Source: Desulfobacterales bacterium (lineage in GTDB: Bacteria; Desulfobacterota; Desulfobacteria; Desulfobacterales; UBA2174). Taken from it: 64,000 bases of DNA. A model generated the notes under the pieces. That model saw nothing but the letters and a program-made list of their open reading frames with translations. It made no database searches and had not been told where the DNA came from. The translations under genes were made by a program, and so were the position numbers. The DNA lies in NCBI GenBank assembly GCA_963668645.2, contig CAXXWC010000019.1:512001-576000 (forward strand). Direction: 5' to 3'. This document shows, in pieces, positions 10,849 to 20,773 of this stretch (position 1 is its first letter; each line of letters opens with the position of its first letter).

Positions 10849-11113
10849 AACGGTTGGATTCTGTAAAATCAGTATGTTATCCGATTATTTTTGCCATACT
10901 TGATCATATTTTGCGATTCTCAAGGAGCCTGTGCTTTCGTTTTCCGGGGTGTCGGCTTTGCGTCTAACTCATAGAAAACACATGTAATGATTGTCATTTA
11001 CGATAGATGGCTATCCTCTTTTTCGTTCTTGTCAAATCGTCCATTTCTTGATAATGTATTGCATATATGCCCGGTTGCGGCGATAACCTGCAATACTTTA
11101 TCGGGAGGGCGAT

Positions 11114-11773
11114 ATGGATGGTTCGACCGAGGTTTCCCAGCGTCTCGCGGTCCTGTTCAAGCAGCATCCATGCTGGATGATCGGGCCGCTGAGCCAACAG
11201 ATGGACTACTCGATTCCATCAACCCGGCGATTTCTGGCCCAGAACGGCTACTACAGCAGTTTTACGCACAACGGACGATGGTATACCCTGCGTTCGATTC
11301 CTCGCTTTTCGCGCGAAGGACTGTGGTTTTACCACGACATCGGCTTTTCCCGGGCCGGCAGTCTGACCCGTACGCTGGTGGCCCTGATCGATGCCAGTCT
11401 GGCAGGGATGAGCGCCGAAGCGCTCGGCCAAAAGTTGCGCTGCCGTTGTCATTCGGTTCTGGTCGGGTTGTACCGCCGCGGTCTTGTCCAGCGCCAGCGC
11501 CAGGGACGCGCGAACGTTTACCTGGCCAGCAATGCCAGGACCGCCGAGGCGCAACGTCGTGTCCTGGAAGCGCCCGTGGCGGCGGTGCTGCCAGCCGAGA
11601 TTGCAGTGATGGTGCTGGCCGAATTCATCCGCAAGCCGTCAGCCGAGCCGGCCGAGTTGGCCCGCCGGGTGTCGGCCCGGGCCGCCGTGCGCATCAAGGC
11701 CGACCAGATCCGGGCGCTGTTTGCGCAGCACGGTTTAAAAAAAATGCTGCCGTTGCGGCCATCGGCCTCCTGA
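11114..11773 (+). CDS. IS ORF A, basic putative DNA-binding protein
   Basis: GGGAGG RBS before the ATG; ends just past an A8 run overlapping the transposase frame. Confidence 0.65.
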   Translation: MDGSTEVSQRLAVLFKQHPCWMIGPLSQQMDYSIPSTRRFLAQNGYYSSFTHNGRWYTLRSIPRFSREGLWFYHDIGFSRAGSLTRTLVALIDASLAGMSAEALGQKLRCRCHSVLVGLYRRGLVQRQRQGRANVYLASNARTAEAQRRVLEAPVAAVLPAEIAVMVLAEFIRKPSAEPAELARRVSARAAVRIKADQIRALFAQHGLKKMLPLRPSAS

Positions 11774-13578
11774 GCCGCCTCAACGAACAACTGCACCAGG
11801 AGGTGCGCCCGTCGGCGTTGTTCGCGCAGCCGCCGGTGGTCGATTTTCGCTACCCGCACCGGCAGTGCTCCTGCGGCGGTGCCTTGAAAGTCCAAAAGAC
11901 ACAAACCAAGCGCGTGGTCAGTCTTTCGGTCACCTATATCGCCCGCCGGACCGTGCAACGCTGTACCCGTTGTGGCCGTGTCTGGGAAGATCCGGCCCTG
12001 CGTCAGCGGGTGGCGCATCGTTGCAATACCGCTTGGGACGTGCTGGTCTTTGTCGGCCGTCGCCTGTTCGAGGACTGCCACAGTGTCGGGCAGGTTCGCA
12101 ACGAGCTGCTGGCCCGCGATGTGGTGCTGTCCGATTCTCAAATCACCAAACTCGGCCGCAAGTTTATCCTCTTGCTGGCTCTGGCCCATCGGCGCGCCAC
12201 CCCGCGCATCAAGCAGGCCATGGCCAGAAGCGGCGGCTATATCCTGCATCTGGATGCCGTGCATCAAGAAGATGCGCCCGCTCTGATGTCAGGCATCGAC
12301 GCTCTGAGCCGCCTGGTGTTGGCCAATGTCAAGGTGCCCAGTGAACACGCCGCTCAGATCATCCCGTTTTTGGAAAAGATCAAAGACGACTATGGCGATC
12401 CGATCGCCTGTGTGCATGACATGGGCACAGGCATCTGCAAGGCGGTCGGGGCCGTGTTCCCCACAAGCAAAGACTTTGTCTGCCACTTTCATTTCTTGCG
12501 CGATGCGGGCAAAGACCTGATCGAGCCGGCCTACCGCGAGCTTCGTGGCTGCCTGCGTCGCCATGCGTTCAGCACCCGGTTCCGTGCGTTGGCCCGCCAC
12601 GCCCGTCGGTTACTGGCCGAGCCGAACGCCCTGGCGATGTATCTGGCGGGCACCCAAACGGCTGCCGATTTGAGTCTCACGACCCCTGCGGCGGTCTATG
12701 CACTATCGCTGTGGAGCTTGCAGGCCAAACACTGCGGCGATGGCTACGGCTTTCCTTTCGATCGCCCCTTGCTGGTACTGGCCGAACGGCTTATGATCCT
12801 GCTCGATTGCCTGCCGCGCCTGCTACAGACACTTCCCGGCGACAACGTGGCCGGCAGCCGCTTGTTTGTCCACCTGGCACGAAAGGTGATGGATGTCGTC
12901 GCCGATCCGGTCTTCGAAAAAAGCCTCGACTCGTTACGCTGGCGTTGCCGGCTCTTTGATCAGCTTCGCCAAGCCATGCGCATCGCACCTTCCGGAGGCC
13001 GAGACGGCCTCAACGATGATGGTGCCGCACCCGCGATGGAAAGTATCCGCCAGAGCGTTGGCCAATTCCGTCACCGTCTCGATGCCGAAGCAAAGCTGGC
13101 AGCCGATCCGCTGTGCCGCAAACTGGCCGAACAGATCGACAAGTATCACGACAAACTGTTTGCCGACCCGATTGACGTGCAGACCCCTTCGGGGCCGCAG
13201 GTGGTTTATCCCCAGCGGACCAACAACATCCTGGAACAGTTCTTTCGCAGCTTGCGCCGGGATCATCGCCGCCGTACCGGCGATAATCGCATGCACCGCG
13301 CGTTGCAAACCATGCTGGCCGATACCCCGTTGGTGAAAAATCTGTCCAACCCCGACTACATGAAAATCCTGCTCGACGGCCGGCCCAATATCGAAGCCCT
13401 GTTTGCTGATTTGGATCGAACCTCGGCTTCCGAGGAGCTGATACCGGCCGCGGATGCCGATCGCATTCTGCCTGGTTTTAAAGCACTGACAAAAATACCG
13501 GATCTTCCCGTTCGAATCTCACAGCGCGCTTCTGCGGCTTTATCCGGGGCAAAATCCAACCAAATTGTGTGGCCATAG
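11737..13578 (+). CDS. DDE transposase (IS256/MULE-like catalytic signature), probably entered by -1 frameshift
   Basis: CSCG..CTRC zinc finger, LHLD, VHDMG, CHFHFLRD, RTNNILEQFFR; no convincing own start codon. Confidence 0.75.
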   Translation, partial: KKNAAVAAIGLLSRLNEQLHQEVRPSALFAQPPVVDFRYPHRQCSCGGALKVQKTQTKRVVSLSVTYIARRTVQRCTRCGRVWEDPALRQRVAHRCNTAWDVLVFVGRRLFEDCHSVGQVRNELLARDVVLSDSQITKLGRKFILLLALAHRRATPRIKQAMARSGGYILHLDAVHQEDAPALMSGIDALSRLVLANVKVPSEHAAQIIPFLEKIKDDYGDPIACVHDMGTGICKAVGAVFPTSKDFVCHFHFLRDAGKDLIEPAYRELRGCLRRHAFSTRFRALARHARRLLAEPNALAMYLAGTQTAADLSLTTPAAVYALSLWSLQAKHCGDGYGFPFDRPLLVLAERLMILLDCLPRLLQTLPGDNVAGSRLFVHLARKVMDVVADPVFEKSLDSLRWRCRLFDQLRQAMRIAPSGGRDGLNDDGAAPAMESIRQSVGQFRHRLDAEAKLAADPLCRKLAEQIDKYHDKLFADPIDVQTPSGPQVVYPQRTNNILEQFFRSLRRDHRRRTGDNRMHRALQTMLADTPLVKNLSNPDYMKILLDGRPNIEALFADLDRTSASEELIPAADADRILPGFKALTKIPDLPVRISQRASAALSGAKSNQIVWP

Positions 13579-13820
13579 ATAAAATGACAACGGAATGACA
13601 GGAATACGATGGACGGATACCACGGCACTTGCTGCTTCTCATTTCACTCTCCTCCCAGTAAAAAGCATTAAAAAGTCAAGTACACAAAAGATCCTCCTCC
13701 AAAAAAATGCCAAAACAGGCCCCGGCGTCACGGGTTAAAAGTTCGGTTGCCGCCTCGTCCTGAGTACGGTGCTTATGATCGGCTGGAAAAAATGCGTCGG
13801 AAGCCCCCACGGCTACCGGT

Positions 13821-14468
13821 TCACATTCCGGGTGTCTGATTGAGAAAACGCAAGAGGCAGTCCTTGGCGCGGGATATATGCTTTTCCATGACCCGCCGTG
13901 CCTCTTCGGCATCGCGGCACCGGACAGCCTCGATAATGGCGTCGTGATCATCGATGTACTCTTTATTCAAGGAAGTGAGCAAAGAGCTGTATAGGTAACG
14001 AAAGATTCTTTGGCGCACCTCGCTCGTGATCCAGGAAATCTGTTGATTCCCGCATTTGTTTCTGAATATCTCATGAAAGGCGGAATTTCTCAGGCACCAC
14101 TCTTCAAGATAATTTTCATCCTCTGGATTCAGCTCCCGCAGCGAGTTGTTCAATATGACCAGGCGGTCCAGGTCTCTGCTGGTTATCTGGGTTGTGGCCC
14201 ATTGGACCGCCTTTCCCTCCAGGACCTCCAGCAGTGCGTAATAGTCACGCACCTCTTGAGCCGAAAGTTTGCGGACAATGGCGCCCTTGTTCTCGGAAAG
14301 CAGGATGAAGCCTTCCTTGGACAGGTGAACCAGGGCTTCGCGTACGGGGCCCCGGCTGCATTCGAATTTCCTTGTCAGCTCAGCCTCGGTGATGCGCTCT
14401 CCCTGCATGAGCTTTCCGTAGATGATGTCGCGTCGCAACGCCCTGTGAATTTCGTCTGTTCGTTTCAT
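13821..14468 (-). CDS. GntR family (FCD) transcriptional regulator
   Basis: wHTH GERITEAEL..CSRGPVREAL..EG, FCD motifs NSAFH and DHDAIIEAV. Confidence 0.92.
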   Translation of the reverse strand: MKRTDEIHRALRRDIIYGKLMQGERITEAELTRKFECSRGPVREALVHLSKEGFILLSENKGAIVRKLSAQEVRDYYALLEVLEGKAVQWATTQITSRDLDRLVILNNSLRELNPEDENYLEEWCLRNSAFHEIFRNKCGNQQISWITSEVRQRIFRYLYSSLLTSLNKEYIDDHDAIIEAVRCRDAEEARRVMEKHISRAKDCLLRFLNQTPGM

Positions 14469-14521
14469 GGCCCGCGCCCGTCGTGGTTGGATAAAATATC
14501 GCCCAAAAATCGTAGTTCATT

Positions 14522-14534
14522 ATTGTAGTACAAT
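14522..14534. promoter_or_regulatory. Putative GntR operator palindrome
   Basis: ATTGTA-G-TACAAT upstream of gntR, downstream of a minus-strand TTGACA at 14560-14555. Confidence 0.5.
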
Positions 14535-14778
14535 CTTGCACGACAAAAAACGAGTGTCAACATATTTTTGCCCCAAAGGCAAAAATATTATAAATCTTAA
14601 TATATATAGGTAGTTAAAAGGAAGAGAGACCGCAGATGGGCATCAGAGCCACCTCGGCATGAGGTCGCGAACGGGAAGGATGGCACACGGATTTTGGCCG
14701 TTTGGGGAAAATTCCGGCTGACAATCCAACACCTTGGACGCGCCCGCAAGAAGCGGGCACCATCCGGGGGGCAGGACT

Positions 14779-15048
14779 TCAGTCCGTCTGGCGCTGCCGG
14801 GCCTGGCGGATCAGATCGAGCAGACCGGCCACCTTGTCCGGCGGCCGGCGCGGTTCGGCCAGCCGGCGGAAGGCTTCTTCGGACAGAACCTGGCGCATCA
14901 GGCCCGCCACGTCGAAGCGCTCCCACCAGCAGTCGAGAATCTTGGCGCAGACCTCACCGCTGTCTGCCTGGGCCCGGCAGTAGCCGAAGCTGACCGGACC
15001 GCCCAGGCGCGGGCAGCGCCGTTCCAGGTGATCGGGAAAATCGGTCAT
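14779..15048 (-). CDS. Small Cys-containing hypothetical protein
   Basis: ATGA overlap with the trpB2 stop; [19 protein letters not shown]. Confidence 0.7.
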   Translation of the reverse strand: MTDFPDHLERRCPRLGGPVSFGYCRAQADSGEVCAKILDCWWERFDVAGLMRQVLSEEAFRRLAEPRRPPDKVAGLLDLIRQARQRQTD

Positions 15049-16421
15049 CGGCTTTTCAGGTGGGCCGGACGCGGGTAGTCTTTGACCAGATCCAGGGCCT
15101 CTTGAACCTGGGCGTCGCTCAGGGACACATCGGTCAACTCGCCGGAAAGATACTTCTCGTAAGCACCCAGATCGAGCAGACCGTGGCCGCTGAAACTGAC
15201 CACGATGGTCTTTTGCTTGCCCTCTTCTTTGGCCTTGAGGGCTTCTTCCACCACGCAGGCCAGGGCGTTGCAGGTCTCGGGCGCCGGAATGAACCCCTCG
15301 GTGCGGGCCCAGAGCACCCCGGCCTTGTAAGAGGCGAGCTGCCCGACGGACCGGGGCGCCAGCAGCCCCTCGTCCACCAGCTGGCTCACCGTGGGCGACA
15401 TGCCGTGGTAGCGCAGCCCGCCGGCATGGATCGGCGGCGGCACGAAGGTGTGCCCCAGGCTGTGCATCGGCATCATGGGGGTATAACCGGCCGTATCGCC
15501 GTGATCGTAAACAAAGGGCGCCCGGGTCATGGTGGGGCAGGCGGCCGGCTCCACCGGATAGATCTCGATCTGGCGCCCATTCATCTTGTCCAGCAGGAAG
15601 GGGAAGGCCAGACCGGCGAAATTGCTTCCCCCGCCGGCGCAGCCGATGATCACGTCCGGCTGGGCGCCGATCAGTGCCAGCTGTTTTTTGACCTCCAGCC
15701 CGATGATGGTCTGGTGCAGCATCACATGGTTCAGCACGCTGCCCAGCGAATAGCGGGTCTTGCCGCTGGAATCGGAAACGGCCGCCTCCACCGCCTCACT
15801 GATGGCGATGCCCAGGCTGCCCGGGGTCTGCGGGTCGCGGGCCAACGCATCGCGGCCGGCTTGGGTCTCGGTGCTCGGACTGGCCACGCAGGTGCCCCCC
15901 CAGACCTGCATCATCGCCTTGCGGTATGGCTTCTGATCGAAGCTGATGCGCACCATGAAGACCTTGCATTCCAACCCGAACTGGGCGCAGGCAAAGGAGA
16001 GGGCGCTGCCCCACTGGCCGGCGCCGGTCTCGGTGGTGATCCGCTCGATGCCGAAAACCTTGTTGTAGTAGGCCTGGGGCACGGCGGTGTTCGGCTTGTG
16101 GCTGCCCGGCGGGCTGACCCCTTCGTTTTTGAAGTAGATCCGGGCCGGGGTGCCCAGGGCTTTTTCGAAGTTCAGGGCCCGGCTCAACGGGCTCGGCCGC
16201 CAGATGCTCAGCACGTCCAGCACCGGCTCGGGAATGTCGATCCACCGCTGGCTGGAGACCTCCTGTTCGATGAGGTTCATCGGGAAAACCGGCGCCAGAT
16301 CTTCGGGTTTGATCGGCTGGCCGCCGGGACCCAGGGGCGGGTTGAGCTTGATGTCCGCCAGGATGTTGTACCACTGGCGCGGCATCTGATCGCGGGGCAG
16401 GATGATGTTTTTCGGCGGCAT
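15045..16421 (-). CDS. trpB2: TrpB2 (TrpB-like PLP enzyme)
   Basis: [50 protein letters not shown] before MPPKN. Confidence 0.93.
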   Translation of the reverse strand: MPPKNIILPRDQMPRQWYNILADIKLNPPLGPGGQPIKPEDLAPVFPMNLIEQEVSSQRWIDIPEPVLDVLSIWRPSPLSRALNFEKALGTPARIYFKNEGVSPPGSHKPNTAVPQAYYNKVFGIERITTETGAGQWGSALSFACAQFGLECKVFMVRISFDQKPYRKAMMQVWGGTCVASPSTETQAGRDALARDPQTPGSLGIAISEAVEAAVSDSSGKTRYSLGSVLNHVMLHQTIIGLEVKKQLALIGAQPDVIIGCAGGGSNFAGLAFPFLLDKMNGRQIEIYPVEPAACPTMTRAPFVYDHGDTAGYTPMMPMHSLGHTFVPPPIHAGGLRYHGMSPTVSQLVDEGLLAPRSVGQLASYKAGVLWARTEGFIPAPETCNALACVVEEALKAKEEGKQKTIVVSFSGHGLLDLGAYEKYLSGELTDVSLSDAQVQEALDLVKDYPRPAHLKSR

Positions 16422-16449
16422 GCGATTCCTCCTAACGGTTGCCGGATTG

Positions 16450-16486
16450 AAAATAAAAAAGCCCACCGCCGGTGAAGCGGTGGGCT
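16450..16486 (-). terminator. Intrinsic terminator (attenuator) in the trpB2 5' leader
   Basis: AGCCCACCGC-ttcaccg-GCGGTGGGCT followed by TTTTTATTTT on the minus strand. Confidence 0.85.
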
Positions 16487-16511
16487 GCCATGGACTTGGG
16501 GATCGAACCGC

Positions 16512-16598
16512 TCAGGGCATGGCGCCGCACCGCATCTGCAACCGCCAGCAGAAGGCGGCACCCGGGATCGACGGCCATGCCTGGAAGGAGTGGTTCAT
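16512..16598 (-). CDS. Putative Trp attenuator leader peptide MNHSFQAWPSIPGAAFCWRLQMRCGAMP (28 aa)
   Basis: GGAGG shortly before the ATG; Trp codons 8 and 18; overlaps alternative hairpins ahead of the terminator. Confidence 0.7.
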   Translation of the reverse strand: MNHSFQAWPSIPGAAFCWRLQMRCGAMP

Positions 16599-16642
16599 GG
16601 CCTCCACCCCTACCTGGATCCAGCTAAGTTGTCAAGACAAAT

Positions 16643-17209
16643 TTAGGCTCGCGCCATGAACTTGCCGGTTTCGGTATTGACCCGGATGCGGGTGCCGCTC
16701 TCGATGTACTCGGGTACCTGCACCACCACCCCGTTGGAGAGAGTGGCCGGCTTGTTGCGGTTGGTGGCCGTGGCGCCTTTGATCACCGGCGGCGTGTCGA
16801 CGATCTCCAGCTCCACGGTCTGGGGCAGCTGGATGCAAAGGGGCTGGCCGTCCAGCAGCAGGACGAGGATCCCTTCCATCCCGTCGCTGAGCCAGTCGGT
16901 ATCCTCGCCGAGGGCCTCGGCGCTCAGGGCATGCTGTTCGTAGGTGCCGCTGTCCATAAAGACGTACATGTCCCCGTCGCGGTAAAGATAGCTGGCCGTG
17001 CGCCGTTCGAGCTCCACCTCCTCCAGGTCGTCGTTGCCCTTGAAGACATGGTCGAGCTTCTGACCGGTGCGCACTTCGGCAAAACGCACCTTGTAGAGGG
17101 TGGCCGAGCCGCGGGCCGACGGGGTCTGGACTTCGATGTGGCGGGCGGCATAGATCTGGTTCTTGAGGCGTACCACATCGCCTTTTTTCAGGTTGCTCGC
17201 TTTGGGCAT
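16643..17209 (-). CDS. yeiP: Elongation factor P-like protein EfpL/YeiP
   Basis: EF-P fold with SARG loop (Arg tip), KPATLSNG..VQVPEYI. Confidence 0.9.
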   Translation of the reverse strand: MPKASNLKKGDVVRLKNQIYAARHIEVQTPSARGSATLYKVRFAEVRTGQKLDHVFKGNDDLEEVELERRTASYLYRDGDMYVFMDSGTYEQHALSAEALGEDTDWLSDGMEGILVLLLDGQPLCIQLPQTVELEIVDTPPVIKGATATNRNKPATLSNGVVVQVPEYIESGTRIRVNTETGKFMARA

Positions 17210-17324
17210 GATCGGTGGCTCCTTTCACATTTCGATAATCGCCCCCCGGGAGGGGCCGGCTTTCAAGGCAGGCCGCTTTCATATCCAATTTTCAGCCGTT
17301 CGCCAATCGTTTTGGTGCCGGATC

Positions 17325-18707
17325 TCAAGCACACCGGGGCGTGGCGAAGAAGGTGCTGTGAATGGCATTGACCGCGCTGTGCAGGTCGCGGGTTTTCACC
17401 AGAAAGTAAAGCGCGGCCTGCGACGGGCCGAAGGAAATCATCTCCACGTTGACGTTGCAGCCGGCCACGGCCGAGAAGCAGCGCGCGGCGACCCCCTTCT
17501 TGTTGAGCAGCCCGTCGCCCACGATGCTGATCAGCGCCACGTCGTCGAGCCGGGCGATCTTGCGGAAGGGGCGCGGGCTCAGGGCCATGAGCGCCTGGCG
17601 GCCGCGGTCCAGATCGGCTTCGGCCAGCAGCAGGCTGATGCAGGTCTGGCTGGTGACCACCGATTTGATATTGATCCCGCCTTCGGTCAGGGCCCCGGCA
17701 ATCTGGGCCAGGATCCCCGGCCGGGTGCCGACCCCGGCGGCGTGCACCTTGAGGATGCCGATGTCGCGGATGAACGAGACGCTCTTGACGATGCGCGGGG
17801 GCCGGGGGCTGTGCGCGGCGATGATGCTCCCCTCGGCGTCCGGATCGAGGGTGTTCTTGATGGCGATGCGGATCTTCTTGCGGCGCACCGGTTCCACCGT
17901 TCGCGGGTGGAGGATCTTGGCGCCGAAGTAGGCCAGCTCGGCCGCCTCCTCGTAGGAGAGCACCGGAATCAGCTCGGCTTCGGGCACCATGCGCGGATCG
18001 GCGCTCATGAACCCGTCGACATCCTTCCAGATCTCGAGCACCTCGGCGTCCATGGCCGCGGCCACCACGGCGGCCGAGTAGTCGCTGCCGCCGCGGCCGA
18101 AGGTGGTGATGTCCCCTTCTTCGCTGACGCCGAAAAAACCCGGGATGAAAAGCACTGTGTCGCCCTTGAGCTGCTGGGCCAGGTGCAAGCGGAAGTTGCG
18201 GGCCGTCTGGGGCAGTCTGGCCGTGGCATCGCCGAACTTGCCGTCGGTGAGCATGCCGATCTTGTGCGGCATGCGGCAAGAGGCCGGCACCCCCCGGCTG
18301 CGCAGGACCGCGCTGAGCAGCTCGGCGCTGAAGCGCTCGCCGCAGCTGCTGATGACGTCCTGACTGCGGGGAGTGATCTCGCGGGTAAAAGAGAGGCCGT
18401 AGTAGCGGCGTTCGAGCTTGGCAGCGCTCTGGTCCAGATCGCGGCGGTAGAGCCCCAGCGCCTCGCGCGACCGGATCAGATGCCGGGCCACGAGCATGTG
18501 GCGGGCCTTGATGCGGCTGACGAGCTCCGGGATGGCCGCCTCGTCTTGCAGGGCGGCCTTCATCCCCTCGATCAGAACGTCGGTGATCCCGTTGAGGGCG
18601 GAAACCACCACGATGTGGCCTCGGGCCCGGGTGGCCACCAGGTCGAGGATGCGGCCGATGGTCTCCTTGCCGTGCAGGCAGCCGCCGCCGATTTTGATGA
18701 CTTTCAC
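17325..18707 (-). CDS. lysC: Aspartate kinase
   Basis: KIGG, VVVSA, TTFGRGGSDYSA, DVDGFMSADPR, YFGAKILHP, two ACT domains. Confidence 0.9.
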   Translation of the reverse strand: MKVIKIGGGCLHGKETIGRILDLVATRARGHIVVVSALNGITDVLIEGMKAALQDEAAIPELVSRIKARHMLVARHLIRSREALGLYRRDLDQSAAKLERRYYGLSFTREITPRSQDVISSCGERFSAELLSAVLRSRGVPASCRMPHKIGMLTDGKFGDATARLPQTARNFRLHLAQQLKGDTVLFIPGFFGVSEEGDITTFGRGGSDYSAAVVAAAMDAEVLEIWKDVDGFMSADPRMVPEAELIPVLSYEEAAELAYFGAKILHPRTVEPVRRKKIRIAIKNTLDPDAEGSIIAAHSPRPPRIVKSVSFIRDIGILKVHAAGVGTRPGILAQIAGALTEGGINIKSVVTSQTCISLLLAEADLDRGRQALMALSPRPFRKIARLDDVALISIVGDGLLNKKGVAARCFSAVAGCNVNVEMISFGPSQAALYFLVKTRDLHSAVNAIHSTFFATPRCA

Positions 18708-18716
18708 GAAATCCTC

Positions 18717-19688
18717 CTATTCCCGCGGGCCGCCGCAGGTTGCGCCGGCCCAGGCGGGGTTCAGCGCGGCGGCCACGGACTGGATATGATGCTGATCGGT
18801 GCCGCAGCAGCCGCCGAGGATGCGCAAGCCGTAACGCCGGTGCAGCTGGGCCATGGCGGCGCCAAAGGCCTCCGGCGGCTCGGCGTCGCACTCGGCCCGG
18901 CCGTCGAGGGCCTCCGGGCTGAGCTTCGAGGCGTTGGCCTGAAGACCGAGCAGGCGACCCTGGGGCAATGCCGCGGCCGGCAAAGAGGCCAGCGCGGCGG
19001 CCAGATTATCGGGATGCACGCAGTTGACCATGTACCCCGACGGGGGCGGGCTGACAGCTGCGTCGATGTGCCGGATAGCGGCGTCCAGGGCGGTGCCGTC
19101 CAGCAAGGTACCGTCGGGCCGGATCACGAAGCTCAGCAGGTAGGGTCCGCCGGCATCGGACAGGGCCCGGGCCAGCCCCTCGGCCTCGCTGAGGGCCGGC
19201 AGGGTGGCGGCCAGGATCAGATCGGGGCCTCCCGCGGCCAGGGCCTCGATCTGGGGGGCGTGAAAACGCCGCGCCGCTTCGGCGCCAAGGGCCAGCTGCG
19301 GTTTGTAGGCATCGTGGCGGCAGGCGATCATACCGGCCACCATGATGCGGCGGCCGTAGGCCCCGGCCCGGTCGCGCAGGTTCTTTAGGAACGAAACGGC
19401 CACGGCGTTAATGGCCACACCCTGTTGGAGGCCGGCCAGCCGGGCCCTTTCGGCACTGGCGCGCCAGGTGGGCGCCCCCAGAATCAAGGGCAGATCGTAG
19501 CGGCGGCCCACCGCGATGTACTGCGCCCAGATAAGGCTCAAGGCCCTGCACCCCTCGGGCTCAAGAACGAATCCGGCATGGAGGATGTGCGGATCCAGCG
19601 CCAGGGAGGTCTCACGCCGCAACCGCTCGATGACCGCGCCTTCGGTCAGAATGGGCCTGGTGGAGTTGATCGTGGCTGCGAAATCCAT
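18717..19688 (-). CDS. Homocysteine S-methyltransferase family protein
   Basis: VNCVHP and GGCCGT zinc ligands. Confidence 0.88.
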   Translation of the reverse strand: MDFAATINSTRPILTEGAVIERLRRETSLALDPHILHAGFVLEPEGCRALSLIWAQYIAVGRRYDLPLILGAPTWRASAERARLAGLQQGVAINAVAVSFLKNLRDRAGAYGRRIMVAGMIACRHDAYKPQLALGAEAARRFHAPQIEALAAGGPDLILAATLPALSEAEGLARALSDAGGPYLLSFVIRPDGTLLDGTALDAAIRHIDAAVSPPPSGYMVNCVHPDNLAAALASLPAAALPQGRLLGLQANASKLSPEALDGRAECDAEPPEAFGAAMAQLHRRYGLRILGGCCGTDQHHIQSVAAALNPAWAGATCGGPRE

Positions 19689-19951
19689 TTACACTCGACT
19701 TCCGGCTTTCGTCCCAGGGCCGGGCGGGCGGATATCCCCTGTTGAACATGCAATCGCCTGACCCCGGCTGCCGGAATCCTGCAAAAAGGTCACCCGGGTC
19801 CGTGCAATAGCACATTTCCCTTTTGTGGGGAATTGCTGCGCGCCAGGGTTGACAGAAACGCCGCGACAAGGATAGTGGACGGGCTGGATGCACCATTTGC
19901 ACCCCAAAGCCCTGAACGCCGCCCGTGCTGGCGGCCCGAAACGGATCCGCG

Positions 19952-20761
19952 ATGGCCCCAAAAGACTACTACAAGGTTCTGGAGGTGGCTGAAAACGCCA
20001 GCCAAAAACAGATCAAGGAAGCCTTCCGCCGTCTGGCCCTGCAATATCACCCGGACCGCAACCGGGAGGAGGCCGCCAGCGCCGATCGCATGAAAGCCGT
20101 CAACGAGGCCTACGCGGTGCTGTCCAACCCCAAACGGCGCTCCGAGTATGACACGTTGCGCCAGCAGTTCGGAGAGACGGCCCACACCCATTTTCGCAGC
20201 AGCCACTCGGAGCAGGACATTTTCCGCGGTTCGGACATCAACCAGATCTTCGAGGAACTGGCCCGCTCCTTCGGGCTGCGGGGCGTGGACGAAATCTTCA
20301 AGGACGTCTACGGCCCCGGCTACAGAAGCTTCGAATTTCGCCGGCCCGGGATGTTCGGCCGCGGCTTCATCTTCGTTTCGGGATTCGGCACCTCGCGCCG
20401 GCCGGCCCGGCGCGGCCCGGCCTTGCAAGGCAGAGGCTTTGGCCGCCTCTCCAGGCAACTGCGCGCCAAGATCGCCTCCATGGCCCCCACGGCCCGGGGC
20501 CGCGACATTTCCGACACGATCCGCCTGCCGCAGGATCTGGCCCGCCAGGGCGGTCCCTGGGCGTACAACCACAAACAGCGCAACAAGAAGCTGGTGGTCA
20601 AGATACCGGCCGGGGTGCGCGAAGGCCAGCAGATCCGCCTGGCCGGCATGGGGCTGGAAGGGCGCGGCGGCGGCCCTGCCGGAGACCTGTTGCTCAAGAT
20701 CGCCTTTCGCCGCTCGATGCTGGAGCGGGTCAAGGGGCTTCTCGTCGGCCGCAAGGCGTAA
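19952..20761 (+). CDS. J-domain protein with DnaJ C-terminal fragment (CbpA-like)
   Basis: KDYYKVL, YHPD, VKIPAGV..IRLAGMG..GDL. Confidence 0.88.
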   Translation: MAPKDYYKVLEVAENASQKQIKEAFRRLALQYHPDRNREEAASADRMKAVNEAYAVLSNPKRRSEYDTLRQQFGETAHTHFRSSHSEQDIFRGSDINQIFEELARSFGLRGVDEIFKDVYGPGYRSFEFRRPGMFGRGFIFVSGFGTSRRPARRGPALQGRGFGRLSRQLRAKIASMAPTARGRDISDTIRLPQDLARQGGPWAYNHKQRNKKLVVKIPAGVREGQQIRLAGMGLEGRGGGPAGDLLLKIAFRRSMLERVKGLLVGRKA

Positions 20762-20773
20762 GCCGAACATTTC

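Larger units (their letters stand above)
10991..13590 (+). mobile_element. Unclassified insertion sequence, two overlapping ORFs; ends approximate
   Basis: Higher-GC segment antisense to a lower-GC operon; short inverted repeat TTGTCATTT (10991-10999) / AAATGACAA (13582-13590); AATGA repeated in the flanks (10986-10990, 13594-13598). Confidence 0.7.

Noticed and set aside
10987..11736. N-terminal 250 aa of the 863-aa ORF as a real transposase N-terminus
   Set aside because: Low-complexity shadow frame overlapping ORF A, which has the RBS; protein-like sequence begins only after the A8 run
15060..19388. Long plus-strand ORFs (471 aa, 741 aa)
   Set aside because: Antisense shadows of trpB2, lysC and the methyltransferase, typical of high-GC DNA
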